From positions 1,612,084 to 1,676,000 of the forward strand of contig CM075998.1 in NCBI GenBank assembly GCA_038087875.1: 63,917 bases of DNA, in the 5' to 3' direction. This document shows, one piece after another, positions 49,576 through 62,400 of the stretch. How positions within the stretch are numbered: the first letter of the stretch is position 1; each line of letters begins with the position of its first letter. Below the pieces are notes generated by a model that saw only the letters and a list, made by a program, of their open reading frames with translations, did not search any database and was not told where the DNA came from. Both the position numbers and the translations under genes were made by a program. Source of the DNA: Malacoraja senta (Eukaryota).

Positions 49576-52429
49576 GGGTATTTATAGTTATGGATTTCAC
49601 TATTGGGATGTGTCTATGAAAAGTATCTGTGATGTAAAAGTATGCTAAGCTCAAAGGAGCAGAATGTATGAAAGCAAAAGGTAAAATTAAGAAAAAAAAT
49701 TAAACTGCAGATGTTGGAAATATGCTGGAGCCACTCAGCAAGTCAGTTATTGGCTGTGGAAGGAGAAATGAAATTAATGTTTCAAGTTGTAGACACTTCA
49801 TAGCCGACAAAGCATTGCAGCATTTTCTGTTTTTATTTTGGACTTTGAGAAATTTTGGCAGTGAGGCAGGTAATAACCATTTATTTTAGGCATTTGAGAT
49901 GAACAAATCCATATAATTTCTCTGTTACATAAATGAATTCATAATCTCTGTGCATCACCTTGATAGAATAGCTCTAAAACAGATTAGATGCTTGTGAAAA
50001 AAGAGATGAATCCTTAATTTACATCGTGAAATTAATAATGGAATAATATCATAACCATGATACATATTTGTAATGTTTTTTAACAACTTATTATCTTGAA
50101 TCTATGTCACCTGGTTATTATTCTTGCAAAGAAAATTGGTCCTTCCTGTCTGGGCTTTGCTGGTTATACATCTTGACGCTTCCTCTGTCCAAAGAGGTCA
50201 ATCCCATCCTTGACAATCTCTTCCCAAAACTATCCTTTTATGTCAACCCTATCCTGAAAACAGTAACTTATCTGGATATACTGTTCCATAGGTGCGGGAA
50301 ACTTCAGTGTCCCAACAAAGGAGACTTTCTTCATGGGTGAGTTGAGCAGTTCATAGCATTAGGGTTTTTGTCTGTGAACAATATTAGTCAAACCTGCACA
50401 TTTCTAACAGTCCAGCCAAGTAATATTCAGGGATAGGAAGGTGGATGTATAATGCCTCCATTCTGGAGATGCTACTACCCATTATAGTATTAGACTTTAA
50501 ACCTGCAACATTACTGTCTGTGTCTTATATCTTATAGTGAGAGACATTTTCCTTTTTGCTTAAAGTTGGCAACTAAAATTCAGTTTAGGGAAAGCTGCAG
50601 TTCCTGTGTGAAATGCTCTGCTCATTCCTGTCCTTTGTTTCTTGCTACTAAAATGGTGGCTTGATCTTTGTGAGGAATCTTATGGAAAAATGTAGATTTC
50701 AGCAGTGGAAATGCATATTCAAAGTATATGTTAAATTAGATACTTGTATTCAAAAATACTATAAACACCCAAACCATGGCGGATCCTATGATGCAACCAT
50801 TGCCAGGAGGAATGTGCTAGTGGTTTATTTTCTGTTTTCTTTTGTTCACCTCTCCAATCTGAGAAGACTCTGGTTTTTGCTTGGTAAGAGATCCGAAACT
50901 TGACTTATGGAGCATTTGCTGGAGTGAATCTACATTCAGTAGTTCTACATGTTAGTACTCTGTCAATCAGTAATTGATTTCACCGGGTTTTCTGAGGCCA
51001 ATTATACTACAGTTGCTGTTTCCCTGTTCGTGGACAAATAACTTGGCAGAGACTGGGGATCAATCCCGAGTCTTGATGGGCCCATATGACTCTCTTAATC
51101 AATGGATTCAAACCCATTGGAGGAGCCCTTTGTCTTCAGACCTCTCCTGTTTATCCAGAATGTCAGACCAGTTTTCTTGCTAGAAATGTATATTTTGTTA
51201 TGTGGCATTTCAGAATATAGTAAGTCATTTGATAAATAGTTACTTAGCATGGTGTTATTCCATATTTCTGAATTATGATATTTTATCGTAAAAGCCATGT
51301 GGAAGTTTGGATACTAGACAAAGGTTGCAAATTCACTACCCTACCTTGGGCAGAGAGGCTGGTTTGCTCAGGTCATGTTTATGGTGGGTGATGTCTTAAT
51401 TAATGATATGCACTTTTTAGAAATCACTTTTGATGGGATGTAGTTGAACCTGATTGAGGAGGTTTTGTTCTCTGAAGTGCAAAATTTAGGACAATTATTG
51501 TCAGGTTTATGTATTTCATTTGTTCATGGGGAAAGCTTAATTTTAAAGACTTCTTTTGGATCTTTCGCGGATTGTGAACCATAAGGATGATGATAAGGTC
51601 ACACCTGATTTAACACAAGACATCAAATATTAATTTGGATTTTCTTTCTCGCTTCGCTCCTCCCAAATATGCATGTATTAACACTTTAGAGCAGATAAGT
51701 GCATGATATCAAGTTGGTTCCCAGTCTCAAGATAGTGTTACCAATACAACTTGTCTTTAACAAACTACAAGAGTTTTTAAATTTATGGGGATTGCAGTTC
51801 ATCAAGTTGAAAGCTGACACCCTCTATTTCTGGGGGAATGAGGGCGCAGAATTGGAGGCCTGAATATGTTGGTCTCTCTTCAGCGATTGCACTCCAATGT
51901 TGAACTCTTTGTGAAATCCAGTAGCAGAGCCCAGAATTGTTGTAATAATGTTGATTAATTAATTCACCAGCATGGGGCTATGAGAGACAGAGGCAGTAAA
52001 AGCTAACGTGTACTTTTTTTTTTAATTAATCAAGTTTGTTAAGTGTTTTGATATTCAAATATGGTTTCATTTTATTTTTCTAGCTCTTGAATGTCTCTGA
52101 ATGTTAGTGACATTCAAGAGATTTTGGTTCTTCACAGATTTGACAGTCAGCTAAGCCTGGATGTGTGGTTTAGCCAGCTGCTGCCTTTCTTCATTGATCA
52201 ATGGCTCCAAATTCTGAAAGAATGCTTATATGTATTGTGCGCGAAGGCTACCTGTAATGTACAGTATTTAGACAATAGAACAAGCAAGGAAGGCAGATCA
52301 GCCCATATTGCCATCATGACACCATTACCTAGTGCACTGTCCTGCTGCTAAGGGCCTTGACATTTTGGAGTTTTGGGCAACACCTTATAAACCCATGACC
52401 TATATCACCAAAATGGAAAAGGTTTTAAA

Positions 52430-52925
52430 ATTTAAGATTTATTTATTGTCATTCGATAAAAACATGCTTCCACATGAATCATGAACGAAATTTGTACTCG
52501 GGTCCGAGCAGCGTAATAGTGCAGTAAGACATCAATAAAGTGCAGTAACGACATCAATAAATTCTAACTTATATAAAAACCTTCCACTTATTCTAACATA
52601 TAAAAAAATGTCCATAGCAGCAGCAGTAGCAGCAGACAGTTCACTGAGATAGTGAGGGTTCAGTCAGTGAGGTAGGGAGTTTAAAAGTCTCACGGCCTCG
52701 GGAAAGAAGCTGGCTTTAAGCCTTGTTGTCCTGGCCTTTATGCTGCGCAGCCTTCTCCCTGAGGGGAGGGGGGCAAAGAGTCCATTTGCCAGGTGGGTGG
52801 GGTCCTTCATGATGTTTGAGGCTCTGCTCTTGCACCTGCTGATGTAAATGTCCTCAATGGCAGGGAGGCAGTTATTTGTGATTTTTGGGGGCAGATTTGA
52901 CCACCCTCTGCAACGCCCCCTGCAA
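52430..52925 (-). mobile_element. Rex1/Babar-type LINE 3' fragment
   Basis: LPAIEDIYISRCKSRASNIMKDPTHLANGLFAPLPSGRRLRSIKARTTRLKASFFPEAVRLLN. Confidence 0.8.
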
Positions 52926-54696
52926 AAGGACAGCAGACTTATGAGAACATCATAGTTTGCAGGTTCCTTCCAGTCATCCGCCATCCTGACTTGGTAATAT
53001 ATTGCAGTTCCTTCAAAGTAATTAGGTCTAAACCTTGGAACTCTCTACCCTAAATATTGTGGGCTTGTATCCACTGGAAGGACTGTAGAAGTTAAGAAGG
53101 TGACTTGCCTCCACCTGGTTGAGGTTTATTAAGGATGGGTAGTAAATGTTCGTCTTGCCAGTGGGTGACAAGTTGCCAGTGGCAAATCCAGAAGTGGTAA
53201 GTTTAAACTTGCCATAGAAGTCAGCAGTGTGCACAGGCAGTTTGTCACTGACAAGTTGTGCTTTTCAAGCAACTGCTTTTAATTGCCATTGTTTTTGATG
53301 TTGTATGCTCTTGTACTGTTTATTTGTACAGAAATGAATGCAGAGTTCTGCAGCAACTTCTCAATTATTTCTGAAAATAATGTAAGTCTTAATGACTGAT
53401 CTGTGTCCGGATCCGATGTAGCAGGCTTGTTCATCAGAAAGGGAACAGCAGCAAAGACTTCTGGGAAGGTTCCTTGCAATTCGTTTGGACAGAAGTACAG
53501 ATAAGGGATGTAGATCTTGCTCAACGTTTTATAGAAATCCACACTTCCAGCCACTTCAGAACATCTCGCCCCCTCTTGAGTGAACACAAGGGTTTCAACT
53601 CCACATCTCAAACTTTTCAACCCTTGATAATTGTGCAAATAATTTCTGAAATAAGTCCTTTTTATCAATTTGTCTATCTTCTTTAAATAAAAAAGGAGAC
53701 TTGGGAAGATAGCCTTCTGATAGAATATAGGACAAAGGACAACCTTGGAGGTCTTCAGAATCATGGGGGATTACGATTAAGCTAAAATATGATTACTGCT
53801 CAGCGAGATGACAATGAGAGCATAAATAAACAATCATGAAATACAATTTTACATAGGGCATGATTATGATGTGAAATTTTCTGCCAAGATCTATTGGTAA
53901 ATCAGAGACCACAGATTACTTTAAATAGGGACCCTTAAACAATATTGGAAAGCAATCAGACTGCTTGCTCCCTGCATCTCTTGCTGTCTTGGCAGACTGC
54001 AGTGATCTTGAGGCATGGTAGTAAAGGCCTAATGTTGACATCTAATGATGCTGTACTCCACATCTTGCTGTGTTGGAGTCGACTGGATGGAAAGAGCTCC
54101 CAGAAAAGAGAAAGAGGGAATGTCCCGATACTGCTTCCACTTGCCTGTTGGTTGGGTGCCAAAGTCCTCTTCCAAGTTGTGTTATCTATTGTCAGGCATT
54201 GTAATTCTTAGCAATTGTAATTAATATTTATCAATTAACCTGTCTCGCTATAATAAATTATCTGGTCATTATCAAATTGTGATTTAAGCAAGCTTGCTCT
54301 GCGCTCTATTGGCTATTTTGTTTTGATTGGCTTCTGGAGTCATGTGAAATTTCAAGTATTAAAATGGAAATAATGTAATGGAAAATAGTTTCAGTGTACA
54401 GTTGTGTATTTCCCAGCAGAAATAACTGAGTTGAAATCAGAAAGGGGAACTCCAGCAATGTTTCCCCTTTACTTTGGGCTAAGAACAACTGCAAATAAAG
54501 TCAGTACAAGTTGGCCTCATCTTTAATTAATTATGTAAGCTTAGCATCATATTTATCCCTGCGACCATAACGGCAGGAAATATTTGCTGGCTGAAGATGC
54601 AAACATTTTCTCGTAAAACTCTTATCAAGGCAGTATGTGGGAGCGTTGGGGACACGGGCACCCACAAGGTGGGGGGAGGGGGGACGCACAGGCGCG

Positions 54697-54721
54697 CACA
54701 CACACACACACACACACACAC
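54697..54721 (+). repeat. (CA)n microsatellite
   Basis: Direct reading, ~12 units. Confidence 0.95.
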
Positions 54722-55160
54722 CTTTTTTTAGTTGTGTTGTTCAAAATGAAATAAGTGTGGCAAATTTTAAACAAAATCTTAATGGGCATAAGTAGCTGCA
54801 AAAATAAAATCTATAATTTACTAAAATAAATTAACCAATTATTGGGGAAGTAAATTGTGTCACTGATACAATGGGACCTGTTTACCCGAAGATCTAGAGT
54901 AGACAAATCGAAGGGAAGCTTATTTAATTTCTACAACTAATTTTGTAATAATATTTGATGCTGACACCAGACATACACAATTAGAAGCCTTTATTTTTCC
55001 CACGCAAACATCGTTCAGCTTGCTGAGCTCAAAATGCAGTGGTTCAAGTGACACTTGCTTTGTGGGTGACTTCCTCCTTCTCTGTAAAGACGTACCTTGA
55101 TTTTCTTTTTCAGATGTTTTTCTATACAGTTGCTGAGAAGCACAATAATAGTCTGTGAAG

Positions 55161-56351
55161 ATGCCGGATAAAGATAATTTATTTAACAGAGGTAATGACG
55201 AGGCTGGCCACAGCTCAGATGATATTTGCCGTGACTTCCTGCGCAATGTGTGCAAACGTGGCAAGCGCTGCAAGTTCTACCACCCCGACATTAATGAGGT
55301 GTCCGACTTGGGTGTTAAAAAAAATGAGTTTGTCTTTTGCCATGATTATCAGAACAAGGAGTGCACTCGTATCAACTGCAAGTTTATTCATGGGACAAAG
55401 GAAGATGAGGAACATTACAAAAAATCAGGAGAGCTTCCCCAACGTCTACGCGTTACGGTGGCCATGGGTCTTGGCCTTTCACCTTCTGACCTTTCTTTTA
55501 AAAAAGGCGAGGTTCCAATCTGCCGAGATTACCTGAAAGGGGACTGTCAACGAGGATCTAAATGTAAATTTCGACACTTAAAACGTGATGAATACGAGTA
55601 TGAAAATAGAACTTTGGAGAGATTGGCACGAGAACAAGTGCTCTCTCCTGTCGTGCGACGATACGACCCGTTTGATGACCTCTATGAGACTGATCGCTAT
55701 ATTGACTATGACCATATTCTAAAGAGGAGAAGAGTGGATGGCTTACGATTTGAAAGTTATGATTTTAGTCTCTCAAACTCACGTCCTGTGGACTATCGAT
55801 TTCTAGAAGAGGAGAATCTGATGCTCCGAAAGAGAGTTGAGGAACTGAAAAAGCAGATCTCGAATTTGATGGCAACTAATGAGGTGCTCTTGGAGCAAAA
55901 TGCACATTTCCGCAACCAAACCAAGTTGGTGACACTGACTTCCACTCCCACAGCGACAGAGCAAATACTGTCAGCACCAACTGTGGCTACGCTGACCAAC
56001 TACAACCATGGTATAGCACAGACTCACACCACATTGAGCAGCCAAGCACTTCAACCACGACCAGTCATCCAGCAAGATCTAGTGGCAACTGCTTCTGCTG
56101 CACCGCCTAACAATGCTGCACCAACAGCACAACATCTTAACCCTGAAATTGCTTCCCTCCCTGCTGCACTGGCCCAGACCATCGCTCAGGGAATGGCACC
56201 TCCAGTATCCACGGTGGCTGTTTCTGTTGCACCAGTGGCAGTATCAATTGCACAAGCACTGCCAGGAATCACCATAAGCCATGCCACCACTCCAATGGTT
56301 ACATATCCAATTGCGTCACAGAGTATGAGAATAACGGCAATTCCTCACTGA
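55161..56351 (+). CDS. zc3h10: zinc finger CCCH domain-containing protein 10, 396 aa, single coding exon
   Basis: True ATG at 55161 (the track start at 55155 is GTG). Three fingers: CRDFLRNVCKRGKRCKFYH, CHDYQNKECTRINCKFIH, CRDYLKGDCQRGSKCKFRH. Coiled coil LEEENLMLRKRVEELKKQISNLMATNEVLLEQNA. C-terminus TTPMVTYPIASQSMRITAIPH matches vertebrate ZC3H10. Confidence 0.97.
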   Translation: MPDKDNLFNRGNDEAGHSSDDICRDFLRNVCKRGKRCKFYHPDINEVSDLGVKKNEFVFCHDYQNKECTRINCKFIHGTKEDEEHYKKSGELPQRLRVTVAMGLGLSPSDLSFKKGEVPICRDYLKGDCQRGSKCKFRHLKRDEYEYENRTLERLAREQVLSPVVRRYDPFDDLYETDRYIDYDHILKRRRVDGLRFESYDFSLSNSRPVDYRFLEEENLMLRKRVEELKKQISNLMATNEVLLEQNAHFRNQTKLVTLTSTPTATEQILSAPTVATLTNYNHGIAQTHTTLSSQALQPRPVIQQDLVATASAAPPNNAAPTAQHLNPEIASLPAALAQTIAQGMAPPVSTVAVSVAPVAVSIAQALPGITISHATTPMVTYPIASQSMRITAIPH

Positions 56352-56648
56352 AAAGCATTGATAGAAAGAAATATAAAGAGAAGAAATTCAGCGTTCCCAT
56401 GTTGCTTCCTGTGACGTGTGTTATATAAATATGCACGGCAAAGCCAAATAGGATTCTGACCCAGCCTTTAGTTCTTTTTGTGTCTATAAACGATTCCTCT
56501 CCAATTCATTGTATATTCTGACCATTTGTTTTATCCCCTCCTATTTTTATGCTTAGCTCATCAACTCTTGTTAATTCCTTGCTAATTTAACTTAAAATGA
56601 GTGCAAATGACACAAAAGCTTTTTTATGTATAAAGGTTTATGTGTTGG

Positions 56649-56654
56649 AATAAA
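56649..56654 (+). terminator. candidate proximal poly(A) signal of zc3h10
   Basis: AATAAA ~300 nt after the stop. Confidence 0.35.
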
Positions 56655-57337
56655 CAAATCACTGGGCTGCGATGCTGCGCAAATATTCCGATCTACCTTT
56701 CTCCTTTGTCTCCCACACTCGACCGTTTGCTTTCTTGACGCAAAGCTGAAATTTAGTAGCACATGAAATTGTAAATTTCTCTAGCAACAACGAGCAAAAA
56801 AGGATTACTTTGAAACATTTTTGTGGATGTTGCTGGCGCTGAATGAATTTCTGTGTTTTCCCAGCTAGTAGCCATTGCACTTCGGAAAGTAATTCTTTGT
56901 GTGAAACGTTTTGAAGATGAGATGGCCCTTGATGAATACAACTTTTAAAACTTTAATATCCACATATTACAATTTAATCCTCACAACATGAGAAAAATAC
57001 ATTGCACTACCAAAGTGTCTAACTTGGAAGCCATTGCAAAGATTTTATTTCTGACTGAACCTAAAGTGTACTTTCAGCTTTGTCATTCTTGTCGCACTGG
57101 ATGCTCAGTGTATGAAAGAATCTGTTCAAATCCACAACAATGGGCTCTTTGCCATCTACAGGAATGATATGAGGTAAAGAAATTTGAACTCTTTTTACTG
57201 ATGGATAGCAGTGTCCAACACAAAAGTCCACAGGTTGGCATTTTTACTGGACTCAGTTTAATAGAAGTGGATGGGGGACACCCACATTCAGGAAGGATGC
57301 CCTTCTGTGCATGAGGTCAAGCAAACATAATGCATAT

Positions 57338-57492
57338 GAAGGAACTGCAGATGCTGGTTTAAACCAAAAGATAGACACAAAATGCTGGAGTAACTAAGCA
57401 GGATAAGCAGCATCTCTGGAGAGAAGGAGCCATTCCTTCTCTCCAGAGATGCTGCCTGTCCCGCTGAGATACTCCAGCATTTTGTGTCTATA
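57338..57492. mobile_element. Penelope-derived palindrome downstream of zc3h10 stop (possible 3' UTR hairpin)
   Basis: atagacacaaaatgctggagta...gcagcatctctggagagaagga / tccttctctccagagatgctgc...tactccagcattttgtgtctat. Confidence 0.8.
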
Positions 57493-58957
57493 TTTGGTCA
57501 AGAAAACACAGATTGAATGTGACTCTGCATCTAGCCTGCAGCTGTTTGATGCCATGGTGTCCCTTCTCTTGAGCTGTGAATTCACCCCAGCTTCAGCAAA
57601 GCACATTTCTTCATGTTTACTTGATGGTGACAGAAAAGGCAATAAGGGAAATGAGGATTGAATTGGATAAAGGTAGTGGAGTAAAGTCATTAAAAAAAAC
57701 AACTGTCAAAACGGTTCCTCTGCATGCAGCTTGGGTCAGCAATGCAAGAAATGCAAACTTTTTTCAGACCCTTGTGTGAAAATGGACATTCTATTTCAAC
57801 AAAATACTGTAATTTGTATGCAAGTTCAAGAAATGTATCAATTGCCTGATAAACTGTGGGGAACATTTTAATCTAAAACAGCTTTAGATGTTGTCCCATT
57901 TGGGACCGGAATGGATGTGTTTGCACATTATCTTTGACATTTGCTGAGCCAAGCTGTTAAAGGTAGGGTACATGCACATTCACATTGAAAATCCTTTCTC
58001 CTTTTCTAAAGCAAGCTTGTAACCAGCTCCACTGAGAACAGCACTAGCCTTTCCTGGCTAGTTTGGCTTCAAATAACATAAGAACCTTAAAGCCATTTTG
58101 AACATTTAGATTAACTGCTGGAAATCCGTAGATTAAGATAGAATTTTGTGTTCAATGTTCTGACTCGCGTGACCAGATGATTCATTTTCCTGAACCGTGC
58201 CAAAATTATCTACCAATTAGTTAACAGTGTATATGGCTTTTAGTTATTCACTGTTGACACTCCTGATGTGACTGCAGCAGTTCAATTTCAGTGGTTCAGG
58301 TGCTTATTTTTCAAGGAGTAGCTGTGACATTGAACCCAAAGGTTAGTTACATTGTTGTTTCATCAGCTAGTTATTGGGGGGATTTATCCTCAATTGTTGC
58401 TTTTCAGTTAACCTTGTCTCCAACTTGTATATAGTAGCTGTCATTTCAAATGATGCTTGTCACGTTCTTGAGGTCTGGAAATTAGAACCAATGAACTAAT
58501 CTTACACAATTGAAAGACACTTAAATGATCAAATGTGTTATTTGCAGTGTTTCCATTGTTATGCTACTAGATATTTGTAATAGCTCTTCAGCTGCTGTGC
58601 TACAATTTACATTTTAGGTAATGAATGGAGTGGTGGAGTGGAGGGAAACTCTGGGCAACCTTCCGCAACATTTCCCTATGCTGCCATTGCAAACCTCCAG
58701 GATTCCCTTGACTGAAATTAGCTCAAGTACAATATTGTCTATATAGTTGGAAAACATTCAAAACCAAGAGGCTGACCCAGTTTGTTTCATTTAAGCATAA
58801 GGTGGACTTTACTGTAAACTAATAATATCACCAAGTAATGGTAACAGCAACAGTTAAAATAGTGCAAATGCTAGATGATGCACTATTTTTAAGGAATTTT
58901 CAAACTAGTCTGTGGATTCAGATATATGAATGACATATATGAGGAAATAAAATTATT

Positions 58958-59425
58958 AGAACATAGACAGAACAGCAACAGGCCCCATGGGACACGTTGT
59001 CTGTGCCAAATTAAACTAATCCTCCCTCCATTCTCAGCAAATTCATGTGCCTATCTAAAAGCCATTTAAAAAGCCACTATTGTTTCTGCTTCCACTAACA
59101 CCCCTGGCAGTGCACCCCACACAAAAACTTACCCCACACATCTCCTTTAAACTTTCCCCCCTCTGACCTTGTAGCTAAGCCCCCAGTATTTGACATTTTC
59201 ACCCTGGAGGGAGAAAAGGTTCTGACGGTCTCTCCTAAGTTTATATATTATGAGATCTCCCCTCAGCCTCTGACGTTCCAGAGAAAATAATCTAGTTTTG
59301 TCCAACCTCTCCTTACAGCTAATATCCTCTAATTCATGTAGAATCCTGGTAAACCTCTTCTACACCCTTTCCAAAGCCTCCACATCCTTCCTGTAACTGC
59401 ACGCCATATTCCAAATGTGGCCATT
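58958..59425 (-). mobile_element. old CR1 3' fragment
   Basis: agaacatagacagaacagca..., agatctcccctcagcctctgacgttccagagaaaa, atcctggtaaacctcttctacaccctttccaaagcc. Confidence 0.65.
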
Positions 59426-60649
59426 CATAGAGCTACAAAAATATTCAATGTACCATGGATGTCTGTTGGATATAATGGGTTTGAATATGACATATTTGCA
59501 TGAAACAGGAATCGCTATACCAGTACTGATAAATTGTCAGAAAATTGTACAGTCAGGAAAAACTGAAATTTAAAACCATTTGCTTAGATTAAGAGTTTTC
59601 TTATTATGTATCATATTTGTAAATTTGATTTTTTGATTCCTGGCAGGTTGAATTCTGTCCAATTTTTTTTCTCTAATTATTTGTTTAATTTAATATTCTG
59701 TCTATGAAAAACAATTGAGCTACATTTTTATAAAATAATTTTTGTCTCCAATGGTGACAACTTTGTTTTGTCCTTCGTAAATGCCTGCTTGGGACAAGAA
59801 TTAATAACGGCTGATATTTGTATAATTATTGAAACTTACCTTTACATGAGGTTCACTGATAATTTGGCAAAGGTTGATGCACTGAATATAAATGTGATTT
59901 ATCACATTAAAAAAAAATTCAGTATTGCCTATTAAGCTAATTTGTTGTTAAAACTATTTACTTGGTTGCTCGAAGGATTTATTTATTCCTGTGTGTAAAA
60001 TGAAAGAATTATTTTTCTAAATGGTCATTATGAACCAACCATTTCCTGACCAAGACAACGCTGGAATAAAAAGACCAACGACATAAATATTTCTGAGTAA
60101 TTGATATACAATTTGAAGCAAAATAACCTTGCATGGCAACGAAAACCGCAGCTCTCATGGTAATGTTGAAAATGAATATCAGTCAGATGAAAGAATGTCT
60201 TTCAAAATCTACGGTGCGTCACATACACTTAACTTGCAATTCTATTAATGCTTTCCCTTCATATCTGCTCATGAAATACTCAACTTTACTCCCTTGATAG
60301 TAACAATATTTATAACAAAGGTTTCTAATTGCTGTACTTAAGCACCTGAGCCAAGGCGAAGGTGTTTAATATTACAGAACAAATTACAGTAAAAATTCAC
60401 TTGAGATTTTCAAATTAATGTCATGCTTTTTTCACAAGATTTGCTTTACAAATTTCTGCAGAAGGTGTGATATACTGCAGCTTTGGTGAACGGTGCTCTA
60501 GTGTTGGCACCTGCAGTCGTTCATCCGATAACTTAATCTCAAAAGACCTCCTCACTATTGTGATCCTCAATGTTTAAAAAGAAGACCTGGATAGCTTTTT
60601 GGTAATCGATTCACTTCCTTGGTCAGTGACTGCAATCTTCTTCCACCCC

Positions 60650-62400
60650 CACTTTCCTCTTTCTGGCTGAATTTTCCACATTTCTTCCAAATAGTTACCA
60701 GGAGAGTCCACATGGATTCTCATTGTGCCAGATTTTTTTATTATCACCCAATTAATGTTCTTCCATTCATACTCTGCTCCGATCTTTCTGTATTTTGTTT
60801 CCTGTTCCTACCTATATTACAGAAATTAATCAATCAATAAATTTGCTTTTAACCTTCACATGCTGCTTACTTTAATACACTTCATCCTTGATGCATCTGT
60901 ATCTCAAATCTGGTGAATGATTGTCAGTTGATTACTGTAAGCCTAGTGACTCCCAAAGCTACCTCAATTTTATACTTCATCCTATCTTTCTTTCTTTTTC
61001 AGTTGTCTCCACCCTGATGATGCCAGAGCTTCTGAAATATCTACCTGGTTTTCTCTTCCAGAGACTGCATTCTGTTGTTATATACAGAACCTTGTAAACC
61101 AAATCCATCCTACTTCCTGCACTTACTCCACTTATCTATCTCAAAAGTTACCTTGCACCCCATCACCATTTGACAGAACAATCTCTGCCACTTCCAACAT
61201 GACATGCCTTCTATCTCCCCAACACCAAAAAATATTTTCCACCCCTTGCTGTCACAATTTTGAAGGGACAATTTCCTTGTGACACCTTAAACCACAGCTC
61301 TTCCATCCATAAACTTTGTTCATCTTTACATTCAAGTCTATGAATGTTTCCATTCTATTGTACACAGTTCCAAACAGATAAACAGTTCCAAACAGGTTCC
61401 AGGTAAGACAGTTTGTCTTTACTCTTTTTGCTTCCACAATGGATGGGGGTCTGCATTTGGAAGTCTTGATTTGGGTGATCTCTTTATTAAATGCATCCTT
61501 TATGTCTGGTCCTACGGGTTCCAGTTATTTTTGCTCTTGAAACCTCCATATTATTCCTACTTCAATCTCTATTCACTTGGCCTCTTGTGTTGCTCCAGTG
61601 GAAGTTCATGAAACAGCATCTCATCTTTCTACTTCATGCTTTTCAGCCCTATTGGGTTAACACTAGTCTTTTAACTTCAAAACATAAGACCGCTTTGATT
61701 TTCTCCCAAGATAGTAGAGGTAATTCAGAATAGATGCACTGGCATTTCTGATAACAAGGATGGTTCTGACCAAGTGCTTGAAAGGAGAATCCACCTGTAC
61801 GTACAGAACCGCCTTAACCTTGGTGTCTAGCTGCCTTTGTCTTTCGTGTGGGCCCTCTTCTATTTATCTCTCCCTCGCCACAACTCTGCTTTTATCTTTC
61901 ACACATATCTGGGTCTATTATTTTTCTGTAGAAATGAGGATCTGCAGATGCTGGATTACAAAAAACTCAGCAAGTTAGGCAGCATCTCTGGAGAACGTGG
62001 ATAGAGTCTGAAGAAGGGTCCTGATCCGAAATATCACCTATCCATGTTCTCCAGAGATGCTGCCTGACCCACTGAGTTACACCAGCGCTTTGTCCTCTCT
62101 TGTTTCTCTATTTTTTGTTGTTTTCTCTTATCATCTCACACAGTGAGTTTTCTTTTGCCCTTTAATTTACTCTTGGTCTCCAACTCATCAGTGTACAAGT
62201 TATCTTCCTTGTGTGCATGGACATTTCTTTTTCACCCCATTTCCTATTCCCTGGCTCTGTTCCTCTTCAGGAGCTTTTGTTCTGTAATGTCTTTTAGATT
62301 CTGATGAAAAGTCAGAGATCTAAAACATTAACCCTACTTCCCTTTCTCCACAGATGCTGCCTGACCTGCTGAGTGTTTCCAACATTTTTTGTTTTTAGTT
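60650..62400 (+). mobile_element. heavily decayed Penelope-like element with terminal palindromic arms
   Basis: FQVRQ-like (~61397) and KQHLIFLLHAFQP (~61612) echo the EEQHLIFRLGSL motif at 33496. Arms at 61928-62095 and 62300-62395. Confidence 0.55.

Noticed and set aside
53279-53764. 161-aa minus-strand ORF in the zc3h10 intron
   Set aside because: No recognisable domain, no splice or codon evidence; probably chance or old repeat debris
55155-55160. ORF-track start (MK...) for zc3h10
   Set aside because: The codon is GTG; the homologous start is ATG at 55161 (MPD...)
54920-55273. Antisense ORFs overlapping the ZC3H10-like CDSs (also 12764-13584, 41555-42062)
   Set aside because: Shadow frames of the true coding sequences
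16724-62400. Recurrent palindromic repeats as CRISPR array or miRNA genes
   Set aside because: Eukaryotic DNA, dispersed and not regularly spaced; the sequence is linked to a Penelope GIY-YIG fragment
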